Assembly: GCA_035221665.1 (NCBI GenBank) | Contig: CM069155.1 | Location: 29,450,001 to 29,514,000 of the forward strand | Direction: 5' to 3' | DNA: 64,000 nt | Source of the DNA: Okamejei kenojei | Lineage: Eukaryota | Part shown: piece after piece, positions 13,040 to 23,800 of the stretch | Layout: every line of letters begins with the position of its first letter | Position numbering within the stretch: position 1 is the stretch's first letter | Translations under genes and position numbers: made by a program | The notes under the pieces: generated by a model | The model's database searches: none | Told to the model about the DNA's origin: nothing | The model's input: the letters and a program-made list of their open reading frames with translations, nothing else

Positions 13040-13142
13040 GAGGAAGAATCTGGCAATTTCTGATTGGCTTCGACGAGCATACCGGTTTGATTGGTTGGTA
13101 TAGATAAACACAAGGTGACATCTCGTCATTCCATTTATAAAG
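13040..13142 (+). promoter_or_regulatory. Cluster 1 IgL proximal promoter
   Basis: GAGGAAG 13040-13046, CTGATTGG 13060-13067, TGATTGG 13088-13094, AGATAAACA 13102-13110, TGACATCTCGTCA 13116-13128 and TATAAA 13136-13141. Largely conserved in clusters 2 and 3. Confidence 0.7.
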
Positions 13143-13217
13143 AGAGCCAGAGAGCAAGATTACACGCCACTTGTCCTGGAAACTGCCGCCCCATCGGAGC
13201 TCAGTCGGTTGATGAAA

Positions 13218-13266
13218 ATGTTTTATTGGATCCGTGTGGTCGGTGCGTTGGTTTTTTGCGCAGTTT
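13218..13266 (+). CDS. IGL: IgL cluster 1 leader exon (MFYWIRVVGALVFCAV)
   Basis: Hydrophobic signal peptide followed by a phase-1 donor GTGAGT at 13267. An upstream in-frame ATG is at 13212, but only the 13218-equivalent ATG is present in all three copies. Confidence 0.9.
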
Positions 13267-13386
13267 GTGAGTATTTTACTTTTCCTGACATTATACTTAT
13301 TACTGTTCACCATTATTTTGGGGTTATCTCCCATACTTCAACAAACTTAACAATTTTCTTTTTTTCTGATATTTCTCTTTTCTCAG

Positions 13387-13731
13387 ACTTAAGCGCGGCA
13401 GTTACAGTAAGTCAGCCGCCGCCGATGTCCACCTCTATAGGACAGAAAATACAAATATCCTGCACCATATCGGGCTCCAGTTCAGGCGCTAACTATGTCT
13501 CCTGGTACCAACAGATTCCTGGCAAAACTCCCAAGTATCTATTCTACCATTATACCAGTGGCAGCATTTATAAAGGCACGGACATTCCAGACCGTTTTTC
13601 CATCTCGGTGTCAGGCAGTTCTGTAATATTCGCAATATCTAGCGTTCAATCGGTGGATGCTGCGGACTATTACTGTGCCAAATGGGATAGTGGTTTATAT
13701 TTCGGTAAAGGAACGAGGCTGGGTATTGGCG
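13387..13731 (+). CDS. IGL: IgL cluster 1 germline-joined VJ exon
   Basis: Acceptor TTCTCAG ends at 13386. The V domain has ISC, WYQQ and DAADYYC, running directly into the J motif FGKGTRL. Donor GTAAGT is at 13732. Confidence 0.95.
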
Positions 13732-14367
13732 GTAAGTAAAATATGTTCTTCGGACAGCGCGCTGTTTTATTTTTATTTTAATGCAGATATTGCTTGATTT
13801 AACATCGTGATTTCACCTTATACGTGATTGAGCCAGCTGTATTTCAGTGTAGATAGTGCGACCTTGCTATACAGATGTTCCGAGTTCACTTGGACATAAC
13901 TCAGTGAAATGACTGCAAAAGCGAGCGAATGTTTTGTTTTGCGCTTTTACAGACGAACAATTTCTCAACATAAGTATTCTGTGCCCAGGGAACCTTGGGC
14001 CTTGAACTCGCTTAGGACTGTAGCTACTTGGATTCCCTTTTAGGCATTGGGGTTTGGTTGAACGGTGCCGCGATGCGAAGGAATTATATGTTCTACGTTG
14101 TGTTGTTTAATATTGAAGCAAGTGTTACACTCTGTAGCCCATTATACTCCAGTTGAATCACGAAAATAATGTATATAATTGTTTTCACTGATCAGAGCCA
14201 TATTCCACCTTTAAAGCATTTCAAAACAACCATGACCCGAGTAAGACTAACTCTTACAGTGTCAGTATTAGATTAGAAATCTCGCAGCTGCGATTCCAAA
14301 AAATATATATTTTTACAATTTACAGAATTATTTCGGGTCGCACTATATGAATGCACTATAACATGTG

Positions 14368-14375
14368 ATGCAAAT
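14368..14375 (+). promoter_or_regulatory. Perfect Ig octamer ATGCAAAT in the J-C intron (candidate intronic enhancer)
   Basis: Exact motif, conserved at 62613-62620 in cluster 3. The region is deleted in cluster 2. Confidence 0.5.
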
Positions 14376-15257
14376 CTTCAATTTTCCATTTTGCTTCCCA
14401 TCCAATAATGTTCGCGTACTTCCCAATGCGAATGGTGTCATTTCTCCCGGATTTTGAAATCGTCAATTAAATGAGGGTTGATGTTGAATTGAAGTTGCAT
14501 GCAATAGGGTTCGTTCAATAAATTGCGGAAATATTCGCAGTGATTGTCCATATATGAAAGGAAATTGCTTTAGTAACGGGGGTCAGCAACGTTAATATTC
14601 AACACTGTCAAAATTCCGGTTGAGGGGTTTAACAAGGATATCAAAATGCGAAATGAGAAAGTGTCGCACATTTCTTTCAGAAATTTTGTTTAATACGTAG
14701 AGCAGCCTTTCGTGGACAGAGCAGTGCATTTCAATTATAAATGCATATTCGAACTACAATGTCATCCTTGCTTCTGAACGACGTCTGCGAATCTGTGACC
14801 GTGGCTTTCGAAGACTAGTTTCCATATATCTTTGCCGAACTTAAATAGCGCCACCCTCCATCTCAATGGTGCCGACAATTAAATAAGTTTAATCTGTTAT
14901 TATAAATTTCCCGACCGCGAATCGTTTATATCTGCTGATATATTTAAATAAAGCCGGAACTGTGTGGTAAAATGAACATTACGAAAGTTATAATAATGTA
15001 TTCAGTTTTATAAAATAGTGCCGCCATGATCTATCACATATGGTTTCCCGGAGTTTATGCATATGGCAGACAGGATCTATTCCAGTTGCTTTCACGTGCT
15101 TTAAAAAAACACACTATAATGGTTTGAAATAGGTCGAGAATAAACGGCTTATTTCTACAAATTAATAAATTAGTGCTTCAATGAGATGTATTTTCGGCAA
15201 ATAATGATATATCAACGACAGCAATTCTCCAATTAAATGTGACTTCTTATTAAACAG

Positions 15258-15581
15258 ATCCTCAGGCACCGATCGTGACGGTCCTCCCGCCCTCAGCCGA
15301 TGAAAGTTACCTCAAAGGGCACCGCCACCCTGGTTTGTTTGGTGAACGGGTTTAATCCGGGCTCGGTGGCTGTTGAGTGGACAGTCGACGGCGGTGCAAA
15401 AAATAGCGGCGTTGAGACCAGCCCGATCCAGCAGGATAAGGACAACACGTTCAGTCTCAGCAGTTACCTGACCCTGACAGCCTCAGACTGGAATTTACAC
15501 GAGCTTTACTCCTGTGTGGTTAAACACCAGACTCAGGCAAACCCACTTAAGACAAATATCGTGAGATCCAGCTGTATCTGA
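15258..15581 (+). pseudogene. IGL: IgL cluster 1 lambda-like constant exon with a +1 frameshift
   Basis: Acceptor AAACAG ends at 15257. C1-set motifs ATLVCLV, VEW, SSYLTL, YSCVVKH and terminal SSCI* are present. The sequence reads GATGAAAGTT versus GATGAAGTT in clusters 2 and 3, so the spliced frame stops at TAA 15353-15355. Confidence 0.75.
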
Positions 15582-15759
15582 TGTTTGAAGCGTGAGCTAA
15601 CTTCCCAAAAGTTAGTTAATCACCATTGGGTTCTTCCATGTGACAAAGGTAGTCTTTGTCTTTCGGAATTTTCATAAAGAAACGCCATTCATAGTTGAAA
15701 CTTGATTTTTATGACTTGTTCGCTTTAAATGTTGGTCTTTCGAAAGAATATCGTTCTTG

Positions 15760-15765
15760 AATAAA
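15760..15765 (+). terminator. Polyadenylation signal, cluster 1
   Basis: AATAAA about 180 nt after the C stop, at the same relative position as 48413-48418 in cluster 2. Confidence 0.75.
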
Positions 15766-16224
15766 GCATCGTCGATTAAATTGCGTTAACTAAATGCATG
15801 TATGTTGCTATTGTATTCAAGGTATTCTTCGCAGACGTTGAGTAAAGTTTTTAAAACTATTGTCAAATGCATTGTTGATTCTCTTGGATTTATTTCTGAC
15901 CCCAAACGTGATGCCTGAATATGGATTGTGTTGTCTTGTACATTTGAGCAAGAAACACTGATTTATTTTTCCTCAATCTCGATCTCGAATTACAATCGCA
16001 GAACAGTAGTGAGTTTGTGCACTCGTCAAGTTACAAAAAAATGCGTTCTAAACCAATCATGACAAACGTGATATCAACTCCAATAAGAATCCACAAAATT
16101 GGCAGAAAATGCTGCTAAAATTTCAGGTTGTTCTTTTGGTCAAAAACGTCCCCACCAACCCCACACCTTCAGGGTTTAAAGGGTTTATTATTATGTTTTC
16201 GTTCGTAAGGTGCACCGTTACATA

Positions 16225-19200
16225 GAAACATAGTAACATAGAAATTAGGTGCCGGAGCAGGCCATTCGGCCCTTCGGGTCTGCACCGCCATTCAATATGA
16301 TCATGGCTGATCATCCAACTCAGTATCCTGTACCTGCCTTCTCTCCATACCCCCTGATCCCTTCTGCCACAAGGGCCACATCCAACTCCCTCTTAAATAT
16401 GGCCAACGAACTGGCCTCAACTACCTTCTGTGGCTGAGAATTGCACCGATTCACCACTCTCTGTGTGAAAAACAATGTTCTCATCTCGGTCCTAAAAGAC
16501 TTCCCCCTCATACTTAAACTGTGACCCCTTGTCCTGGACTTCTCCAACATTGGGAACAATCTTCCTGCATCTAGCCTGTCCAACCCCTTAAGAATTTTGT
16601 AAGTCTCTATGAGATCACCCCTCAATCTACTAAATTCCAGCGAGTACAAGCCGAGTCTATCCCAGTCTTTCTTTATGTGGAAGTCGTGCCATCCCAGGAA
16701 TTAGTCTGGTGAACCTTCTCTGTACTCCCTCTATGGCAAGAATGTCTTTCCTCAGATTAGGAGACCAAAACTGAATGCAATACTCCAGGTGCGGCCTCAC
16801 CAAGACCCTGTATAACTGCAGTAGAACCACCCTGCTCTTGTATTCAAATACTTTTGCTATGAATGCCAACATACCATTAGATTTCTTCACAGCCTGCTGC
16901 ACCTGCATGCCTACTTTCAATGACTGGTGTACCATGACACCCAGGTCTCGCTGCATCTCCCCTTTTCCTAATCGGTCACCATTCAAATAATAGTCTACCT
17001 TCCTGTTTTTGCCACCAAAATGGATAACCTCACATTTATCCACATTATACTGCATCGGCCACGCATTTCCCCACTCACTGAGTCTATCCAAGTCATCCTA
17101 CAGCCTCCTAACATTCTCCTCACAGCTAACACTGCCCCTCCAGCTTCGTGTCATCTGCAAACTTCGAGATGTTGCATTTAATTCCCTCGTCCAAATCATT
17201 AATGTATATTGTAAATAGCTGGGTCCCAGCACTGAGCCTTGCGGCACCCCACTAGTCACTGTCTGCCATCCTGAAAAGGACCTGTTCACTCCTACTCTTT
17301 GCTTCCAGTCTGCCAGCCAGTTCTCTATCCACATCAATACTGAACCACCAATACCGTGTGCTTTAAGTTTGTATACCAATCTCTTGTGTGGGACCTTGTC
17401 GAAAGCCTTCTGAAAATCCAAATACAACACATCCACTGCTTCTCCCTTATCCACTCTACTAGTTACATCCTCAAAAAATTCAATAAGATTCATCAGACAT
17501 GATTTACCCTTCGTAAATCTATGCTGACTTTGTCCAATGATTTCACCACTTTCCAAATGCGCTGCTATCCCATCTTTAATATTTGACTCTAGCAGTTTGC
17601 CCACTACCGATGTTAGACTAACTGGTCTGTAATTCCCCGTTTTCTCAGTCCCTCCCTTTTTAAAAAGTGGGGTTACATTAGCTACCCTACAATCCTCAGG
17701 AACTACTCCAGAATCTAAAGAGTTTTGAAAAATTATCACTAAGGCATCCGCTATTTCTGGGGGTACTTCCTTAAGTACCCTGGGATGCAGCCTATCTGGC
17801 CCTGGGGATTTATCGGCCTTTAATCCATTCAATTTACCTAACACCACTTTCCGGCTAACCTGGATTTCACTCATTTCCTCCATCTCATTTCACCCGCGAT
17901 CCCCTGCTATTTCCGGCCAATTATTTATGTCTTTCTTAGTGAAGACAGAACCAAAGTAGTTATTCAATTGGTCTGTCATGTCCTTGTTCCCATGATCAAT
18001 TCACCCGTTTCTGACTGCAAGGGACCTACATTTGTTTTAACTAATCTTTTGCGCTTCACATATCGATAAAAACTTTTGCAGTCAGTTTTTATGTTTCCTG
18101 CCAGTTTTCTTTCATACTCCATTTTCCCTTTCCTAATTAAGCCCTTTGTCCTCCTCTGTTGGTCTCTGAATTTCTCATAGTCCCCTGGTAGGCTGCTTTT
18201 TTGGCTAATTTGTATGCTTCATCTTTTTCTTTGATACTATCCCTGATTTCCCTCGTTATCCACGGATGCGCCACCTTCCCTGATTTATTCTTTTGCCATA
18301 CTGGGATGAACAATTGTTGTAGTTCATCCATGCAGTCTTTAAATGCCTTCCATTGCAAATCCACCGTCAACCCTTCAAGAATCAATTGCCAATCCATCTT
18401 GGCCAATTCACGTCTCATACCCTCAAAGTTACCTTTCTTTAAGTTCAGGACCCGTGTTTCTGAATTAACAATGTCATTCTGCATCCTAATGAAGAACTCA
18501 ACCATATTACGGTCACTCTTGCCCAAGGGGCCACGTACAACCCTTCCTCATTACTCAATATCCAGTCTAGAATAGCCTGCTCTCTCGTTAGTTCCTCTAC
18601 ATGTTGGTTTAGAAAATTATCCCGCATACATTCCAAGAAATCCTCTTCCTCAGCACACCTGCCAATTTGATTCACCCAATCTATATGTAGATTGAAGTCA
18701 CCCATTATAACGGTTTTACCTTCGTTGCAAGCATTTCTAATTTCCTCTTTGATGCCATCCCGAACTCCACTACTACTGTTAGGTGGCCTGTACACAATAC
18801 CCACTAGCGTTTTCTGCCCCTTAGTGTTTAGGAGCTCCACCCATATCGATTCCACATCCTCCAAGCTAATGTCATTCCTTTCTATTGCGTTAATCTCCTC
18901 TCTAACCAGCAACGCTACCCCACCCCCTTTTCCTCTCTGTCTATCCTTCCTGAATATTGAATATCCCTGGATGTTCAGCTCCCAACCTTGGTCACCCTGG
19001 AGCCATGTGTCCGTGATCCCAACTATATCATAATTATTAATAGCTATCTGCACATTCCACTCATCCACCTTATTACGAATGCTCCTCGCATTGAGACACA
19101 AAGCCTTCAGGCTTGTTTTTACAACACTCTTGGCCCTTTTACAATTATGTTGAAAAGTGGCCCTTTTAGACTTTTGCCTTGGATTTGTTTTCCTGCCACT

Positions 19201-20611
19201 TTTCACCTTGCTACCTATTGCTCCTATCCTCATTTTACACCCCTCTGTCTCTCTGCTCACACATTTAAGAAACCCTCCACTTCTTATTCTCCGTTTGTTA
19301 TTTTTTTCTTCTTTCCTCCCTACGTGTTGCGTCTGACTGCTTCTCTTCTCTGCCTCCTGCCTCACAAATGGACTACTTGCCTTCTCTATTTGAGTCCCTC
19401 CCTCCAACCGATCTAGTTTAAAGTCTCCCCAGTAGCCTTTGCAAATCTCGCAGCCAGGATATTGGTTCCCGTCGGGTTCAAGTGCAACCGGTCCTTTTTG
19501 TACAGGTCACACCTTCCCCAAAAGAGGTCCCAAAAATCCAGGAACTTGAATCTCTGCGCTCTGCACCAGTCCTTTAGCCACACATTTATCCTCCACCTTG
19601 CTCCATTCCTACTCTCACTGTCACGTGGCACAGGCAGTATTCCTGAGATTGTTACCTTTGCGGTCCTTCTCCTTAACACTCTTCCTAACTCCCTAAATTC
19701 TCCTTTCAGGATCTCCTCTCTTTTTCTACCTATGTCATTGCTACCTATATGTACCACGACCTCTGGCTCCTCTCCCTCCCATTTCAAGATATCTTGGACA
19801 CGTTCAGTCACATCCCGGACCCTGGCACCAGGGAGGCAAACTACCATCCGGGTCTCCTGACTGCGTCCACAGAATCACCTATCTGACCCCCCAACTATAG
19901 AGTCCCCTATTACTGCTGCCCTCCTCTTCTTTTCCTTATCCTTCTGAGCAACAGGGCCGGTCCTTGTACCGGAGGCCCGGTCGCTGTTGCTACCCCCAGG
20001 TAGGCTGTGCCCCCCAACAGTACTCAAACAGGAGTACTTATTGCCAAGGTGTACAGCCACCGGGGTACTCTCTAGTCCCTGCCTCTGCCCCTTGCCTCTC
20101 CTAACCATGACCCACTTTTCTGCCTCCTGTGGTTTTGGAGTGACCACTTGTCTGTAGCTCCTCTCTATGGCTTCCTCACTCTCCCTGACCAGACGGAGGT
20201 CATCGAGCTGCTGCTCCAGGTACCAAATACGGGCCATTTGGAGCGCCATCTTGACGCACCTGGCGCAGATGTGGACGTCTGGAGAGCTATCTGACTGCAT
20301 GACCTCCCACATCTGACATCCAGAACAGTAAACTGCCCTGGCATTCATCCTCCCCCTTACCCTGGATACAATACAATACAATGTACAATACAATGCAAGG
20401 ATTTTAGCTGAAAGAAGTCAGCAAGGATCTGACTGCCAATCAGCTGCTCCCTCGAGTCGTCTTCCACCAATCAGCAGCTTCCTCAACTGCGAGCTGGGAG
20501 TTTTGAACTGCAAGCTGCGAATGGAACGTTACGGATTTGGATTTTGGATCCTCCCACAGCAACCACTCCTGGGCCTCTGTGGAAACAAGCCCCGCTATCG
20601 AGTTTTTTAAC
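16225..20611 (-). mobile_element. Full-length CR1 LINE (ORF1 zinc finger + SGNH esterase; ORF2 APE-RT) with a 7-bp TSD
   Basis: ORF1: CSGCQMW...CARC, IGDSIV, HIGSND, LHLN. ORF2: [36 protein letters not shown]. (CATAGAAA)-type tail. TSD TTACATA at 16218-16224 and 20612-20618, with an empty site at 48911-48917. Several frameshifts. Confidence 0.9.
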
Positions 20612-20839
20612 TTACATACTGTAAATAAAGCCAAGACATGTGCATACCTGGCAATTTACCAGAAACGACATTAACTCCCAACATATCAGCAAGATTCTGT
20701 AAAACTGATGGTTTGTTCCCACCTCCACTTTACACTATCCACACTCTGCGCCGCACATCCATCCTTTATCACCGAAGACATTGACGTTAACTGGTGACGG
20801 GATTTGTATTTCAATTAGGCTTAAGCTGTTGTTATCATG

Positions 20840-23800
20840 TCGTGTTCCACCACAATGTTGGTGAGGGAGGAACCAAAATCTGTAACGTTCCAAATCCATA
20901 ATGTTCCATTCAATAAACTGGGCTTGAGGAAGCCGCTGATTGGTGGACTTGAGTACGCAGCTGATTGGCAACCAGATTCCAGCAGTTTGTAGTGTACTGT
21001 ACTTTGTATTTTGTATTGTATTTTGTATTGTATATTGTATTTTGTGTTGTATCCAGGGTAAGGAATTATGAGTGCCAGGGCAGCTTACTGTTCTGGATGT
21101 CAGATGTGGGAGGTCATGAAGTCGGGTAGCCATCCAGACGTCCACATCTGCGCCAGGTGTGTCGAGATGGGGTTCCTAAAGGAGTGTGTTAGGAACCTGC
21201 AGCAGCAGCTCGATGACGTCTGTCTGGTCAGGGAGAGTGAGGAGGTCATAGAGAGGAGTTACAGGGAGGTAGTCTCTCCAAAACCACAGGAGGCAGAAAA
21301 GTGGGTCACGGTTAGGAGAGGCAAGGGGCAGAGGCGGGGGCTAGTGAGAACCCCAGTGGCTGTACCTTGAAAATAAGTACTCCTGTTTGAGTGCTGTTGG
21401 GGGCGACAGCCTAACTGGGGGTAGCAACAGCGACCTGGCCTGCGGTACAGAGACTGGCTCTGTTGCTCAGAAGGATAAGGAAAAGTAGAGGAGTGTATTA
21501 GTAATAGGGGACTCTATAGTTAGGGGGTCAGATTGGCGATTCTATGGATGCAGTCCGGAGACCCGGATGGTAGTTTGCCTCCCTGGTACCAGGGTCCGGG
21601 ATGTGGCTGAACGTGTCCACGATATCCTGAAAAGGGAGGGAGAGGATCCTGAGGTCGTGGTACATATTGGTACCAATGACATAGGTAAAAAAAGAGAAGA
21701 GATCCTGAAAGGAGAATTTAGGGAGTTAGGTAGAGGGTTAAGGAAAAGGACCGCAAAGATAACAATCTCAGGATTACTTCCTGTGTCACGCAACAGTGAG
21801 AGTAGGAATGGAGCAAGGTGGAGGATAAATGCCTGGCTGAAGGACTGGTGCAGAGGGCAGGGATTCAAGTTTCTGGATTTGTGGAATCTCTTTTGGGCAA
21901 GGAGTGACCTGTATAAAAAGGATGGGTTGCACTTGAACCCGAGGGGGACCAGTATCCTGGCTGGAAAATTTGCAAAGGCTACTGGGGGGACTTTAAACTA
22001 GAACAGTTAGGGGGAGGAACTCAAATAGAGAAAGCTAGTAGACAGGGTCTGAGGAAGGAGGCAGAGAAGGGAAGCACTCAGACCCAACATGTAGGGGGGA
22101 AAGAAGAAAAAAAAATAATAAACAGAGAATAAGAGGTGATAGGTTTCCAGGGTAAAAATCAAAAGGGCCACTTATCAACGTAATTGTATAAGGAGTAAGA
22201 GTGTTGTAAAAACAAGCCTGAAGGCTTTGTGTCTCAATGGAAGGAGCATTCGTAATAAGGTGGACGAGTTGAATGTGCAGATAGCTATTATTGACTATGC
22301 GAAAGTTGGGATCACGGAGACATGGCTCCAGGGGGACCAAGGCTGGGAGCCGAACATCCAGGGATATTCAATATTCAGGAGGGATAGACAGAAAGGAAAA
22401 GGAGGTGGGGTAGCGTTGCTGGTGAGAGAGGAGAGAAATGCAATAGAAAGGAAGGACATTAGCTTGGAGGATGTGGAATCGATATGGGTAGAGCTACGAA
22501 GCTCTAAGGGGCAGAAAACGCTAGTGGGAGTTGTGTACTGGCCACCTAACAGCAGTAGTGGAGTTGGGGATGGCATCAAACATGAAATTAGAAATGTGTG
22601 AAACAAGGGTAAAACAGGTATAATGGGTGACTTCAATCTACATATAGATTGGGTGAATCAAATGGGCAGGGGTGCTGAGGAAGAGGATTTCTTGGAATGT
22701 ATGCGGGATAATTTTCTAAACCAACATATACAGGAACCAACGAGAGAGCAGGCTATTTTAGACTGGGTATTGTGTAATGGAGAAGGGTTAGTTAGCAGTC
22801 TTGTTGTGTGTGGCCCCTTGGGCAAGAGTGACCATAATATGGTTGAGTTCTTCATTAGGATGGAGAGTGATATACGTAAGTCAGAAACAAGGATTCTGAA
22901 CTTAAACAAAGGTAATTTTGAAGGTATGAGACGTGAATTGTCCAAGATAGACTGGCAAGTGATTCTTAAAGGGTTGACAGAGGATGTGCAATGGATGGTA
23001 TTTAAAGACTGCATGGATGAACTACAACAATTGTTCATCCCAGTTCGGCAAAATAATAAATCAGGGAAGGAAGTGCATCCATGGATAACAAGGGAAATCA
23101 GGGATAGTATAAAAACAAAAGATGAAGCAAGAAAAAGCAGCCTACCAGAGGACTGGGAGAAATTCAGTTCCAGCAGAGGAGGACAAATGGCTTAATTAGG
23201 AAAGGAAAAATAGATTATGAAAGAAAACTGGCAGGGAACATAAAAACTGACTGCAAACGTTTTTTATAGATATGTAAAGAGCAAGAGATTTGTTAAAACA
23301 AATGTAGGTCCCTTACAGTCAGAAACAGGTGAATTGATCATGGGGAACAAGGACATGGCAGACCAATCGAATAACTACTTTGGTTCTGTCTTCACTAAGG
23401 AAGACATAAATAATCTGCCAGAAATAGCAGGGTGCTGGGGTTAAATGAGGTGGAGGAACTGAGTGAAATCCAGGTTAGCCGGGAAGTGGTGTTGGGTAAA
23501 TTGAATGGATTAAAGGCTGATAAATCCCCAGGGCCAGATAGTCTGCATCCCAGAGTACTCAAGGAAATAGCCACAGAAATAGTGGATGCTTTAGTGATAA
23601 TTTTTCAAAACTCCTTAGATTCTGGAGTAGTTCCTGAGGATTGGAGGGTAGCTAATGTAACCCCACTTTTTAAAAAAGGAGGGAGAGAGAAAACAAGGAA
23701 TTACAGACCATTTAGTCTAACATCGGTAGTGGGGAAACTGCTAGTCAGTTATTAAAGATGGGATAGCAGCACATTTGGAAAGTTGTGAAATCATTGGATA

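Noticed and set aside
13022-13060. Perfect RSS heptamer CACAGTG upstream of each leader (13022, 46222, 61612)
   Set aside because: The 12-spacer nonamer position (AGGAAGAAT) matches ACAAAAACC at only 4/9 and the 23-spacer position does not match. It lies in a generally conserved promoter block and flanks no gene segment.
13671-13677. Cryptic heptamer TACTGTG at the end of V FR3 (V-replacement-like site)
   Set aside because: It is explained by Tyr-Cys-Ala codons. There is no plausible nonamer at 12 or 23 nt and no unjoined donor V in the window.
13732-13739. ORF-track ends 'GGK*' suggesting V-only genes in all clusters
   Set aside because: This is read-through into the GTAAGT donor. Splice phase matches the downstream C exons.
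15300-15581. Stand-alone 93-aa C-only ORF starting at ATG 15300
   Set aside because: It is a by-product of the +1 frameshift and has no signal peptide or promoter evidence.
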